From NCBI GenBank assembly GCA_963844965.1, contig CAWJQC010000007.1, positions 160,001 through 224,000 of the forward strand: 64,000 bases of DNA, written 5' to 3'. The notes beneath the pieces were generated by a model. The model had not been told where the DNA came from. It saw nothing but the letters and a program-made list of their open reading frames with translations, and did no database searches. How positions within the stretch are numbered: position 1 is the first letter of the stretch; each line of letters opens with the position of its first letter. The translations under genes and the position numbers were made by a program. Shown piece after piece: positions 28,086 through 37,548 of the stretch. The stretch is from an uncultured bacterium. GTDB lineage: Bacteria > Patescibacteriota > Minisyncoccia > UBA6257 > 2-01-FULL-56-20.

Positions 28086-28865
28086 ATGCTGAAAAAAAGA
28101 TTATTTTGGCTGGTGCTTGTCGCCGTGGCGGTTCTCGGCGTGGGTATCTACTTCAATTCCGCCGGCGCGAATATTTTTGCTGGTGCGTCCGCGGGCGGCA
28201 AGTGGTTCCTGCTAATTCTCATCGTCGCGGCCTTAGCCGAGAGCTTAAATCCCTGCGCTTATTCGGTTTTGCTTCTTACCATCGCTTTTCTTTTCAGCTT
28301 GGGCAGGTCCAGAGCTCATATTCTACAGGCGGGAGGCGCGTTCATTTTGGGAATTTTTCTCGTCTACATCGGCATCGGCCTCGGCGCTTTGCAGGCGTTG
28401 CAGTTGTTCAACACGCCTCACTTTATGGCGAAAATCGGCGCGGTGATTCTCTTCGTTTTGGGGTCAATAAACCTCATAAACTCTTTCTTCCCGAAGTTCC
28501 CCATAAAATTGAGCATTCCGCAGTCGGCGCACAATAAAATGGCGCTGCTTATGGAAAAGGGTTTCATTCCCACGGCGTTTGCCCTGGGAGCGCTCGTCGG
28601 TCTCGGCGAATTTCCCTGCACGGGCGGGCCGTATCTCGTGGTGTTGGGGCTCTTGCACGATCAGGCGACGCGACTTGCCGGTTTGGCGTATTTGCTGCTC
28701 TTTAATTTGATTTTCATCTTGCCGCTCGTTATATTCTTATTAATAGCGAGCGAACAATCACTTCTTGCGAAAGTGCAGGAGTGGAAAAAATCAAGCACGG
28801 GAAACATGCGATTCTGGTCGGGAATCGTAATGGTCGTTCTGGGAGTGATAATTTTCTTCCTCTAA
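28086..28865 (+). CDS. ccdA: cytochrome c-type biogenesis / thiol:disulfide transmembrane protein, CcdA/DsbD family
   Basis: conserved Cys pair in TM regions (NPCAY, EFPCTGGPY), 6-TM topology. Confidence 0.75.
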   Translation: MLKKRLFWLVLVAVAVLGVGIYFNSAGANIFAGASAGGKWFLLILIVAALAESLNPCAYSVLLLTIAFLFSLGRSRAHILQAGGAFILGIFLVYIGIGLGALQALQLFNTPHFMAKIGAVILFVLGSINLINSFFPKFPIKLSIPQSAHNKMALLMEKGFIPTAFALGALVGLGEFPCTGGPYLVVLGLLHDQATRLAGLAYLLLFNLIFILPLVIFLLIASEQSLLAKVQEWKKSSTGNMRFWSGIVMVVLGVIIFFL

Positions 28866-28874
28866 CGGCTAAAA

Positions 28875-28945
28875 TTATATAATGCGAAAATTGCGAATAC
28901 TGTATGCGAATAATGCGAAAAATTTTCGCGGTATTCGCATAAATA
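28875..28945 (+). promoter_or_regulatory. array of four direct ATGCGAA(T) heptamers followed by inverted copies (TTTTCGCG, ATTCGCAT) overlapping a TATATAAT box; candidate operator
   Basis: repeats read directly. Confidence 0.4.
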
Positions 28946-28955
28946 ATTCGTAGAT

Positions 28956-29468
28956 TTGCATTATGATCCTATGGACGAAATAAAGGATTTTGAAGCGTTG
29001 GTTAAAAAAGTTGAAGCGATGAAAAAATCCGGAACGGTGGATTTGTCCACCGAAGAGGATTTGAGCATCGCGATAATGAACCTCGTCAGCTTGGAAGAAC
29101 ACTTCTTTTTCACCGGCGAGAAAACCGGCAAGGAGGAATATTTTGACCTGCTCGGCGAGGTGCGGGAAATGCGCAAGAAACTTCTCGCCAAAATGATAGA
29201 CAAACACGAAGGCGAGACGTGGTGCATTTCCAAGCATCTCTTGGCGACAACGATGCGCTTGATAGAGGTCGGGACGAAGTTGCGGGGCGACAAGAAGCTG
29301 AAAGAAGCGAAAGAAGTTTTTGAACAGGCGTTCAAGATCTATTCCATGTTTTGGGCGCTGCGCCTGAAGTTGATTGATGCTTCCGGATTTAAACAAGCCG
29401 CGGCTAGCGAAAAACCCTGGACCCTGAAAGATATCGTTAATAAATTAGTTGATTGCTGCGATGAATAG
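28956..29468 (+). CDS. hypothetical protein (170 aa); TTG or a later ATG start
   Basis: ORF only. Confidence 0.4.
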   Translation: MHYDPMDEIKDFEALVKKVEAMKKSGTVDLSTEEDLSIAIMNLVSLEEHFFFTGEKTGKEEYFDLLGEVREMRKKLLAKMIDKHEGETWCISKHLLATTMRLIEVGTKLRGDKKLKEAKEVFEQAFKIYSMFWALRLKLIDASGFKQAAASEKPWTLKDIVNKLVDCCDE

Positions 29469-29865
29469 GAAATACATTATCCTGGTATTTGTGGTTTTGG
29501 GCATCGCCATTCTCCTTATCGCTTTTCTCTTTTACCCGAGATCGCCCTATGCCAAAGGCACGCTTGACGGGTTTGCCCAGTGCCTTTCGTCAAAAGGAAT
29601 TAAAATGTACGGCGCTTATTGGTGTCCTCATTGCCAGAACCAAAAGGCGGCTTTCGGCGATTCGTTCAAGTACGTGAATTACGTGGAGTGCACACAGGAG
29701 GTAGCGGCCTGTGAATCTGCCGGGGTCGTGGGCTATCCGACATGGGTTTTTCCGGACGGCAGGCGGCTTGAAGGCGAACAGAAACTTGAGGATTTATCCT
29801 CGGCAAGCGGCTGCGCATTGCCCGGCAGCGAACCGAGCGCATCGCCTTCTTCCACAACGCCCTAA
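29449..29865 (+). CDS. membrane-anchored thioredoxin-fold protein (CPHC active site, DsbA/VKOR-associated type)
   Basis: WCPHCQNQK motif after an N-terminal TM helix; adjacent to the ccdA-family gene. Confidence 0.65.
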   Translation: MIAAMNRKYIILVFVVLGIAILLIAFLFYPRSPYAKGTLDGFAQCLSSKGIKMYGAYWCPHCQNQKAAFGDSFKYVNYVECTQEVAACESAGVVGYPTWVFPDGRRLEGEQKLEDLSSASGCALPGSEPSASPSSTTP

Positions 29866-29968
29866 CGCGAGCGGCTTCAGCCGCGTCCAATGACGCCACT
29901 TGACCCCTTCCGATGTTATTTGCTAACATCTTCGTGGCTTTGTTGCCAATCCAAGGAGGAGTATAAAA

Positions 29969-30430
29969 ATGAAGAACAGAGCGAACGGAGGGACGATTCC
30001 CGCATTTCCGAATTCATTTCCATACAACGAGTTGCTATTTCGCGGCAAGCTTTCGGCGAAAACGCGCACATGGCGCTGGAACCACACAGGGTTGACACTT
30101 CTTTACACATCTACGAGCACTGCTCGGGATGTGGCGGAGGCGCACGGTCTTGATCCGAAGAGTGCCCCCCGCAGTGTACTGGTCGGCATTGGTGAGCTTG
30201 TTCCGGTCCGTGAGCTTACCAGTGCTGAGGCGGATCAAATCGAGAAAGAATTCGCCAACGGAAGGCCCGACATTTTCATTGGCGCCGGACGATATCGCTA
30301 CGAATTCAAAAACCTGAAACGTTTCAAGAAGCCCGTTCCGTTCAAGCCGCCACAGGGAGCGGTGAGGTTATTCAACGTTCCGGTTTTCCTTGTAGCCAAA
30401 GCCCTCAAGGAAGTCGGCGTTTCTCTCTAG
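29969..30430 (+). CDS. RES-domain (ART-fold) toxin-like protein
   Basis: R...LYTSTSTARDVAEAH pattern resembling the RES/ADP-ribosyltransferase R-S-E motif; strong RBS AAGGAGG; no Xre/DUF2384 partner seen. Confidence 0.4.
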   Translation: MKNRANGGTIPAFPNSFPYNELLFRGKLSAKTRTWRWNHTGLTLLYTSTSTARDVAEAHGLDPKSAPRSVLVGIGELVPVRELTSAEADQIEKEFANGRPDIFIGAGRYRYEFKNLKRFKKPVPFKPPQGAVRLFNVPVFLVAKALKEVGVSL

Positions 30431-30457
30431 AACGTGGACTGAGCCGGACCAAGTATG

Positions 30458-30487
30458 GGACAGCAGTAATGCTGTCCTTTTCGTTTT
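30458..30487 (+). terminator. rho-independent terminator GGACAGCA-GTAAT-GCTGTCC plus T-run
   Basis: read directly. Confidence 0.6.
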
Positions 30488-30561
30488 CCTGAATCATCGT
30501 GATTCGAATATTGTCCGCCCATCAGGAAAATAATACCCGCTTCTGTTAGAATAAATAGGTA

Positions 30562-31842
30562 ATGGGTAAGATACGGAATCTTGACCAACTCGCGATAACC
30601 GAACTCCGGCGTTCGGCGCTTTTGCTCGCCGAGGCAGGACTTGAAGCCATTGATACGGAGAAAATCATAAAGAACAACGTCCGACTCAAAAACGGCACGG
30701 TTGAGGTCGGGGGACAAAGCTTTTCGCTGAAAAATATCGGCAAGATAATTTTTGTGGGCATCGGCAAGGTTGCTTCGGAAGCCGCGGCAACCGCGGAAAA
30801 GATTTTGGGAAAACATCTCGCCAGCGGGATTTTGGTTGACGTGAAACCCGCGCCGAAGCTCAAAAAAATAAAAGCGTTCCAGGGGACCCATCCTCTGCCC
30901 TCGGCGAAAAATGTTGTGGCGGCGAAGGCGATAGTCAAAACCTTGCATGGTCTTAAGGAAAACGATCTGGTTATTTTCGTGGTATCCGGCGGCGGCTCAA
31001 CTCTCTTGTGCCTGCCGTCTGATGATCGGAAAAGCGGCGAAGAATCGCGGATAATGAAAATTTTGATAGCCAAAGCGGCGACAATCCAAGAAATCAACAC
31101 GCTCCGCAAGCATTTGTCCCTCGCCCGCGGTGGATATTTGGCGAAGTGCGCCTATCCCGCGAATGTCGTTTCTCTGATCTTCTCAGACGTGCCGGGAGGC
31201 GATCTGGGCTTTGTGTCTTCAGGCCCGACGGTGAAGGACGGAACGACGGTTGAAGACGCCGAGAAAATAGTGGAAAAATATCAAGTTGAGAAACGCAAGC
31301 TCAACTTGATAGATACGCCGAAGGAAGATAAGTATTTCCAAAAGGTCAAAAACGTCCTCGTAGTTTCCAACGACACCGCGCTCACGGCGATGGAGGCGAA
31401 AGCTGGCGAGCTCGGTTTCAAGGCGCAGATCATGACGACATGCCTCGCGGGCGAGGCGGCGGACGTCGGTTTGCGCACCGTTCAAAATTTGCATGATGTC
31501 GGCGCGAAATCGGTTTTTCTATACGGCGGGGAGACGACGGTAGCCGTGAGAGGTACTGGACGCGGCGGACGGAACCTGGAACTCGCGCTCTCCGCCCTAC
31601 GGGAAGTGCGCGAAGGAGAACTCGTTCTGTCTTTGGCCTCCGACGGCCACGACAACGGCGAGTTCGCCGGCGCGATTTGTGATACAATTACAAAGGAAGC
31701 AGTGGAGAAAGCCGGTTTTGATATTGAAGCAGAACTGGAGAATAGCAACTCATATCCGGTTTTTGAAAAATCCGGGAATTATTTGCTCACCGACCATACT
31801 GGTTCAAATGTTTCGGATTTGGTGATTGCGATAAAAGAATAA
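30562..31842 (+). CDS. glycerate 2-kinase (MOFRL family; DUF4147 plus MOFRL domains)
   Basis: VGIGKVASEAAATAE, VVSGGGSTLLCLP, C-terminal SDGHDNGEFAGA motifs. Confidence 0.7.
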   Translation: MGKIRNLDQLAITELRRSALLLAEAGLEAIDTEKIIKNNVRLKNGTVEVGGQSFSLKNIGKIIFVGIGKVASEAAATAEKILGKHLASGILVDVKPAPKLKKIKAFQGTHPLPSAKNVVAAKAIVKTLHGLKENDLVIFVVSGGGSTLLCLPSDDRKSGEESRIMKILIAKAATIQEINTLRKHLSLARGGYLAKCAYPANVVSLIFSDVPGGDLGFVSSGPTVKDGTTVEDAEKIVEKYQVEKRKLNLIDTPKEDKYFQKVKNVLVVSNDTALTAMEAKAGELGFKAQIMTTCLAGEAADVGLRTVQNLHDVGAKSVFLYGGETTVAVRGTGRGGRNLELALSALREVREGELVLSLASDGHDNGEFAGAICDTITKEAVEKAGFDIEAELENSNSYPVFEKSGNYLLTDHTGSNVSDLVIAIKE

Positions 31843-31851
31843 ACATCAATC

Positions 31852-31940
31852 TTACGAAAATACGAAAATATACGAAATTACGAAAACTAAATTTGAGGTG
31901 ACCACATTTCGTACGTTCGTAAAATTTCGTACTTTCGTAA
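31852..31940 (+). promoter_or_regulatory. array of four direct TACGAAA heptamers followed by three inverted TTTCGTA copies immediately upstream of ppsA; candidate operator/iteron-like sites
   Basis: repeats read directly. Confidence 0.45.
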
Positions 31941-31958
31941 GAGCGGGCAATAGCGAGC

Positions 31959-34436
31959 ATGAAATCCAAAAAATTAATTCTCAAATTTGAAGAAGTCGGC
32001 ATCAAGGACGTTCCGCTCGTAGGCGGCAAGAACGCGTCCCTAGGCGAGATGATACGCACGCTCAAGAGCAAGGGCGTGCCCGTGCCGTCCGGCTTTGTCG
32101 TCACCGCCACCGCTTATTTTTATTTTCTGAAGAAAACGAAACTTGATAAATTCATTAAGGAAACGCTTGAAGGGCTGGATACGAAGAAGCTGAAAGACCT
32201 GCACGACCGCGGCTCGGCCATCAGATACGCCATAACACGCGCGGAATTTCCCAAAGACCTTGAGCGTGAAATCGTGAAAGCGTATCGCGAACTTGAAGCG
32301 CGCTATGGCAAGGACGTTGACGTCGCCGTGCGTTCTTCCGCCACGGCTGAAGATCTTCCCGGAGCGTCCTTCGCCGGCGAGCAGGAGAGCTACCTCGGCA
32401 TCCGCGGGGCCGCGGAAGTGTCCAAGGCCGTGCGTGCCACAATGGCTTCGCTTTTCACCGACCGCGCCATTTCTTACCGCCACGACCGCGGTTTTGACCA
32501 CTTCAAAGTCGGCCTTTCCGCCGGCGTCCAGAAAATGGTGCGTTCCGACCGCGCCTGCTCCGGCGTGATGTTCACGTTGGACACCGAGTCCGGTTTCAAG
32601 GACGTCGTTCTCATCAACGGCTCGTGGGGTTTGGGCGAGATGATAGTGAAAGGCGAGGTGACTCCCGACGAATTTTTTATCTGGAAAGAAGGGCTGAACA
32701 AGGGAGTGAAGCACCCCATCATTGAAAAGAAACTCGGAGTGAAACTGCGCAAAATGATTTACCACCGCGGCGCGGCAATTCAGCAGACGAAGATAATTCC
32801 CACGGACGAGAAGGAGCGCGATTCGTTCGTGCTCAAAGACAAGGAAATAGAAGAGCTCGCGCGCTGGGGAGTCATCATTGAAAAGCATTACACGGAGCAC
32901 TACAAAAAGTGGACGCCTATGGATATGGAGTGGGCGAAGGACGGCGTCACGGGCGAACTTTTCATAGTTCAGGCAAGGCCGGAGACCATCCACGCCAATC
33001 AGGATTTTTCAAAAGTCAAAGAATATATTCCGCTTGAACGCCGCGAGCCGATCGTGATGGGCGCGTCCGTCGGTTCCAAGATTGCCACGGGAAAAGCACG
33101 CGTGATACTGGACGCCAAGCGCATCGGTCAGTTCAAAAAAGGAGAGGTGCTTGTGACCACGATGACCGACCCCGACTGGGAGCCGATAATGAAAATGGCT
33201 TCCGCGATAGTGACGGACAAGGGCGGTCGCACTTCGCACGCCGCGATAGTGAGCCGCGAACTCGGAATTCCGGCGGTGGTCGGAACCGAGAAGGCGACGA
33301 GAATTATAAAGACCGGCGATCCCATCACGGTGGACACGACCGGGAGCGCCGGCAACGTTTACCGCGGTTTTTTGAAATTCAAAGTGGTTGAGCACGACCT
33401 GAAAAAAATTCCCCGGCCGAAGACGCACATCATGGTGAACGTGGCGATTCCCGACAGCGCCTTTGAAACCTCGTTCCTGCCGACGAGCGGCGTCGGGCTC
33501 GCGCGGGAAGAATTCATCATCGCGTCCAGGATGGGAGTGCATCCGATGGCTTTGCTCAACTTATCCAAGCAGCCGTCCGTTATCCGGCGCGCGATTGAAG
33601 CCAAAATGCGCGGCTGGAAAGATCCGAAGCAATATTATATAGATAATCTTGCTTTTGGCATCGCGAAGATCGGCGTGGCTTTCTCACCGAACCCCGTCAT
33701 CGTCCGCTTCTCGGATTTCAAGACAAACGAATATCGCACCTTGCTCGGTGGCGGACCGTATGAACCGAAGGAGGAAAATCCGATGATCGGCTGGCGCGGC
33801 GCTTCGCGCTACTATGACCCGAAATTCAGGCCGGCGTTCATGCTTGAGGCGGCGGCCGTGAAAAAAGTCCGCGAAGAGATGGGGCTCACGAACGTTATTC
33901 CCATGGTGCCGTTCTGCCGCACGGTGGAAGAGGGAATTAAAACGCAGGAAGCGATGGCCGAAGCCGGACTCATCACGGAATATATTGCCAATCGCCATCG
34001 GGACGGCACAAAAAAACTTCCGCGTCATTCCGCGTCAGTTCCGCGTAGTTCTGCGACCGTGCCGGTGTACGTGATGTGTGAAATTCCTTCCAATGTCCTA
34101 CTCGCCGACAAGTTCCTGGATATTTTTGACGGCATGTCCATCGGTTCCAACGATTTGACACAGCTCACGCTGGGATTAGACCGTGACTCCGGCATTGTGA
34201 CGAAGATTGCCAACGAAAAGAACGACGCGGTGAAAAAACTCATCGCGGAAGTGATAGCCCGCTGCCACGCGCGCAAAAAATACATCGGCATCTGCGGCCA
34301 GGGGCCATCCGATTATCCGGATTTCGCGGAGTTTTTGGTGGAAGCGGGAATAGACAGCATGTCCCTGAACCCCGACACCGTGGTGCGCACGACGGTCGCG
34401 GTAGCGGAGAAGGAGAGGGAATTGAAGAGAGGGTAG
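31959..34436 (+). CDS. ppsA: phosphoenolpyruvate synthase (pyruvate, water dikinase)
   Basis: ATP-grasp N-terminus, phosphohistidine domain GGRTSHAAIVSRELGIPAVVG, PEP-utilising C-terminal domain. Confidence 0.9.
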   Translation: MKSKKLILKFEEVGIKDVPLVGGKNASLGEMIRTLKSKGVPVPSGFVVTATAYFYFLKKTKLDKFIKETLEGLDTKKLKDLHDRGSAIRYAITRAEFPKDLEREIVKAYRELEARYGKDVDVAVRSSATAEDLPGASFAGEQESYLGIRGAAEVSKAVRATMASLFTDRAISYRHDRGFDHFKVGLSAGVQKMVRSDRACSGVMFTLDTESGFKDVVLINGSWGLGEMIVKGEVTPDEFFIWKEGLNKGVKHPIIEKKLGVKLRKMIYHRGAAIQQTKIIPTDEKERDSFVLKDKEIEELARWGVIIEKHYTEHYKKWTPMDMEWAKDGVTGELFIVQARPETIHANQDFSKVKEYIPLERREPIVMGASVGSKIATGKARVILDAKRIGQFKKGEVLVTTMTDPDWEPIMKMASAIVTDKGGRTSHAAIVSRELGIPAVVGTEKATRIIKTGDPITVDTTGSAGNVYRGFLKFKVVEHDLKKIPRPKTHIMVNVAIPDSAFETSFLPTSGVGLAREEFIIASRMGVHPMALLNLSKQPSVIRRAIEAKMRGWKDPKQYYIDNLAFGIAKIGVAFSPNPVIVRFSDFKTNEYRTLLGGGPYEPKEENPMIGWRGASRYYDPKFRPAFMLEAAAVKKVREEMGLTNVIPMVPFCRTVEEGIKTQEAMAEAGLITEYIANRHRDGTKKLPRHSASVPRSSATVPVYVMCEIPSNVLLADKFLDIFDGMSIGSNDLTQLTLGLDRDSGIVTKIANEKNDAVKKLIAEVIARCHARKKYIGICGQGPSDYPDFAEFLVEAGIDSMSLNPDTVVRTTVAVAEKERELKRG
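34386..34433 (+). repeat. copy 1 of CGCACGAC(G/C)GTCGCGGTAGCGGAGAAGGAGA... (native 3' end of ppsA); further copies at 35590-35628 and 36349-36385
   Basis: 32-40 nt near-identical direct repeats read directly. Confidence 0.65.
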
Positions 34437-34484
34437 TCAGAGTTGAGCAGGTTTTTGGCCAAAATGTGCGGATTTGAGCAATAA

Positions 34485-34517
34485 TGTATAGATTTAGAGT
34501 CTGCTTGTATAGATTTA
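34485..34517 (+). promoter_or_regulatory. two direct TGTATAGATTTA 12-mers spaced 21 nt apart upstream of the MerR-family gene; candidate operator
   Basis: read directly. Confidence 0.35.
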
Positions 34518-34563
34518 AAAAATATGCTAAACTACGCCTAAGGCACAAAGAGCCCGTTTTCTT

Positions 34564-35289
34564 ATGGAAAATGAGGATGATTTGATAACTATAGGCCAGG
34601 CCGCCGAACTGCTTGGGGTTTCTATCATGACACTTCGCCGTTGGGACGAAAGCGGGCGTTTTCTATCCATAAGGAAACGGCCCGGCGGCGACCGCTACTA
34701 CAGAAAAAAAGACGTGGAACTATTTTTAAGCGATCTGTTTCGCTTGGCGTACGACTGGGTTCTCTCGAATGCCGAATTTCCGGAAACCCTTTATTGCCAG
34801 ACGAGCGCGACCTTTCAAGCGCGCCTCACGAGAATGCAGGATGACATGATCCGCAGCGGGACCGTGAAAGAGCTATTTTCGCTTCTCGTTTCGATTGCGG
34901 GAGAGATAGGAAATAATTCATACGACCACAATCTCGGATCGTGGCCCGACACGCCCGGAATATTTTTCGGATATGACCTCAATAAAAAGCATATCGTGCT
35001 TGCCGACCGCGGACTCGGCGTTCTTGAAACATTAAAGAGAGTAAGGCCGCAACTGGACAACTTTGAAGATGCGTTGCGAGTTGCTTTTACGGAAGTGATT
35101 TCGGGGCGTGCTCCCGAAGGAAGAGGAAATGGATTAAAATACGTAAAGGAAGTAATCTCGGAAAACCCGATTAGCCTGCTCTTCCAAAGCGGAGATGCGG
35201 AACTTACGATGAATGGCAAAAGTCAAAACTTCACGGTAGCTAAAAGCAAAAATAGTTTGCGCGGCTGCTTCGCATTCATATCGTATTAA
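34564..35289 (+). CDS. fusion of a MerR-family HTH with a GHKL (RsbW/SpoIIAB-like anti-sigma kinase) ATPase domain
   Basis: N-terminal ITIGQAAELLGVSIMTLRRWDESG HTH; C-terminal N-box EIGNNSYDH, G1 DRGLG, G2 GRGNGL. Confidence 0.6.
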   Translation: MENEDDLITIGQAAELLGVSIMTLRRWDESGRFLSIRKRPGGDRYYRKKDVELFLSDLFRLAYDWVLSNAEFPETLYCQTSATFQARLTRMQDDMIRSGTVKELFSLLVSIAGEIGNNSYDHNLGSWPDTPGIFFGYDLNKKHIVLADRGLGVLETLKRVRPQLDNFEDALRVAFTEVISGRAPEGRGNGLKYVKEVISENPISLLFQSGDAELTMNGKSQNFTVAKSKNSLRGCFAFISY

Positions 35290-35294
35290 AATCA

Positions 35295-35588
35295 ATGATC
35301 ATTGAGCTCAAAAAATTCGGCACAACGCTCATTTCACGGCAAATGGGGCGCGAATCGTTCGCTGCCCTGCAGCCGCTTTTGCGCGACGTGAGAGAAGGAG
35401 AAAACATCGACATCGATTTTGATGGCGTTTTGACATTCTCTCCGTCGTGGGGCGATGAATTCCTGACGCCGCTCGGAAAGACTTATGGCAAAAGAATTTT
35501 ATTAAGGAATACGGGCAATCCATCGGTACGGGCCACGTTGGAATTACTGGAGAAAACCACGAACGTTAAGTTTTCCGTACAGGATTGA
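35295..35588 (+). CDS. STAS-like (DUF4325 / anti-sigma-factor-antagonist-like) protein
   Basis: size and pattern match STAS/DUF4325; 5 nt downstream of the GHKL gene. Confidence 0.5.
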   Translation: MIIELKKFGTTLISRQMGRESFAALQPLLRDVREGENIDIDFDGVLTFSPSWGDEFLTPLGKTYGKRILLRNTGNPSVRATLELLEKTTNVKFSVQD

Positions 35589-35589
35589 T

Positions 35590-35628
35590 GTCGCGGTAGC
35601 GGAGAAGGAGAAAGAATTGAAGAGGGGA
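35590..35628 (+). repeat. copy 2 of the ppsA 3'-end repeat, immediately after the STAS gene stop
   Basis: TGTCGCGGTAGCGGAGAAGGAGAAAGAATTGAAGAGGGG versus 34394-34433. Confidence 0.65.
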
Positions 35629-35733
35629 TAAGCGGCTGACCGGCACTTTTGGCGTCCCGTTAACCACCCGAACTGCCGTAGTTTACACGCCGGGTGGAGA
35701 TGCCGCTTTACAAAAATAATCGATGGCTGTATA

Positions 35734-36210
35734 ATGCGACCAGCCATTAATTTGATTCGGAAAGGGGTGTTTTATGGCGGTAGGGCGAAAGTGCAAGAAT
35801 ATTTTGAGGCGGCGGAGCTTGTTGAACAATATGTGGCTATGACTGAGCAGATGTATGACCAGCTACGCAGTTCCTTGGAATTGGCGGGGGACACCGCCGG
35901 CGCTAAAGCCACGAACATTCAAAAGAAAATTTACGCCGTGGTTCGTGACAGGGTTTTCGATTTTGTCTATGGAACTTACGAGGACCTTCTTACGAACGAA
36001 GAGGTGGACCAGCTTATTGAAATGGAGCGGCTTCCGATTGTTAAAAAGATGAGGGAGCTCACTCCGGAAATTCAGAACAGGATTATCGGATTCGTTATGT
36101 CTGCATATAAAGAGCTGGAAAAAGAAATAGAGAGAATTATCCACTCCGAACTCATAGGTGCCGACATCCTGCAAAAAACGTTTCCGCAGAAAACCAACCT
36201 GCCGAACTGA
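35734..36210 (+). CDS. hypothetical protein (158 aa)
   Basis: ORF with an upstream TATAAT box and a downstream terminator. Confidence 0.45.
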   Translation: MRPAINLIRKGVFYGGRAKVQEYFEAAELVEQYVAMTEQMYDQLRSSLELAGDTAGAKATNIQKKIYAVVRDRVFDFVYGTYEDLLTNEEVDQLIEMERLPIVKKMRELTPEIQNRIIGFVMSAYKELEKEIERIIHSELIGADILQKTFPQKTNLPN

Positions 36211-36250
36211 TTTCCTGTCGCGCCTCTCGTAGTGAACAATACATAATGCT

Positions 36251-36275
36251 GCCCGGTTTACCGGGCGGTTTTTTT
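36251..36275 (+). terminator. rho-independent terminator GCCCGG-TTTA-CCGGGC GG T7
   Basis: read directly. Confidence 0.65.
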
Positions 36276-36348
36276 GCTTGTATCTTATCGGGCGGCGTGG
36301 CTCAAATGGTGGACCTGCCGGCAGGCGGGGATGATACAGTCGGCCGCG

Positions 36349-36385
36349 CGCACGACCGTCGCGGTAGCGGAGAAGGAGAAGGGGA
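36349..36385 (+). repeat. copy 3 of the ppsA 3'-end repeat between convergent terminators
   Basis: CGCACGACCGTCGCGGTAGCGGAGAAGGAGAAGGGGA. Confidence 0.6.
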
Positions 36386-36408
36386 TGGGGAGGAAGTAGG
36401 ATATTTGG

Positions 36409-36444
36409 AAAACAAAAAGCGGACAGGGTTTGACGCCTGCCCGC
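36409..36444 (-). terminator. minus-strand rho-independent terminator (GCGGGCAGGCGTCAAACCCTGTCCGC plus T-run) for the gene at 36489-36749
   Basis: hairpin plus A-run on the plus strand. Confidence 0.55.
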
Positions 36445-36488
36445 CGAGTTTCTGGTCCTCGTCAGATTTGCCGTTTTGCCGTTGGAGT

Positions 36489-36749
36489 TTAACCGGAGTG
36501 GGGGTCGACTCTCGATACGAACCACCCGAAGTTAACCCCGAAGGGTTCATATTCGATCACATCCCTTTCGTGGAGTTTCTTTGCAATCGCCGGAGAAGCG
36601 ATGATGTGAAATCCGCCAAGGAATCGTGCCGGCGTCCGCGCCGTTCCAAGGCCGAGGTCGCGAATAACCTGGTCATCATCCGCCGGATATAACAGGATGC
36701 GGTCCCCGTCGTCTTCTATCTTTCCAATCGTCAAGGTTGGGTTAGCCAT
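36489..36749 (-). CDS. hypothetical protein (87 aa; MANPTLTIGKIEDDGDRILLYP...), start overlapping the stop of the upstream gene (ATGGCTAA)
   Basis: RBS GGAGGTGG, terminator downstream; ORF-track entry 36489-36947 reads through from further upstream. Confidence 0.5.
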   Translation of the reverse strand: MANPTLTIGKIEDDGDRILLYPADDDQVIRDLGLGTARTPARFLGGFHIIASPAIAKKLHERDVIEYEPFGVNFGWFVSRVDPHSG

Positions 36750-37260
36750 TGTCCACCTCCGACCTTTGGAGATAGTGCGCTTCGCGGCAGTGATAACAGC
36801 GAACCTTCTTGTCTGCCGCTGCAACTGCATCAGCGAATTGCGCAGCCGCTTCCTCGTTGTCCCATTGGCCAAGTTCGCGCTCCGCCACGGGCTCCAGGAA
36901 GAAGATTTCCTTTTCCTTGCCGGAGACCTTGCCGACATGCCCGTCAACGCCGGGGTTTTTCGCTACGACTCTCGCGATTGCGATGCGGGTATCGTTGCGG
37001 TCAGCATTGGCGAACACGAAGCAATCGCCGGGTAGTATGGCGAAAAGAGCGTGTTCGCGGTTCGCGTATCCCTTGCGTGGGACGAAGATGGGCTTTTTGG
37101 ATTTTCCTTCGCGGTCACAGATGATGACCGCATCGCCGGTGTTGGTGTACCCACCGCCGCATTCCCAAGCGGCGGTAAGACGTGACTTCGTTCGGTGGAC
37201 GGTGACGGTAGTATCCATTGTCGTGTCCTTTCTTCTCTCGCGACCGATTTGAATTAGCAC
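36741..37260 (-). CDS. hypothetical protein (~158-172 aa), translationally coupled to 36489-36749
   Basis: ORF only; likely start at MDTTVTV (37218). Confidence 0.45.
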
Positions 37261-37548
37261 GCGAAGTGCTGTCGGTTGCGGCCTTGCAGGCTCCCTTTTC
37301 GTCGGGGAATGTCTCTGAACTTATTTTCTCAAAGAGCCCTTAAAGCGGCTGCTCAAATGGCTTGTGCGTCTGTTCTCCTAGCACCGGTTCTCAAAATCCC
37401 CTCATTGGAGGGGGTTTATTTTAACAGCTAGGATTTATCGTTTTCCTTCTCCAAAAAATTGGGTTGTGGGACGTTAGGGGTCAATGCACACAAAAAAAAC
37501 GACCCACGCAGTGCGTGAGTCATAAATTTTCAGCGAGTTCTGGTTTTC

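Noticed and set aside
31852-31940. CRISPR array suggested by the short tandem repeats (TACGAAA array, ATGCGAA array, TTAACG arrays)
   Set aside because: Units are only 7-11 nt with no unique spacers of 25-40 nt and no cas genes. They look like operator, iteron or MITE-like repeats.
36246-36692. 148-aa plus-strand ORF
   Set aside because: It overlaps the minus-strand gene 36489-36749, which has an RBS, translational coupling and its own terminator. The plus-strand ORF spans two convergent terminators.
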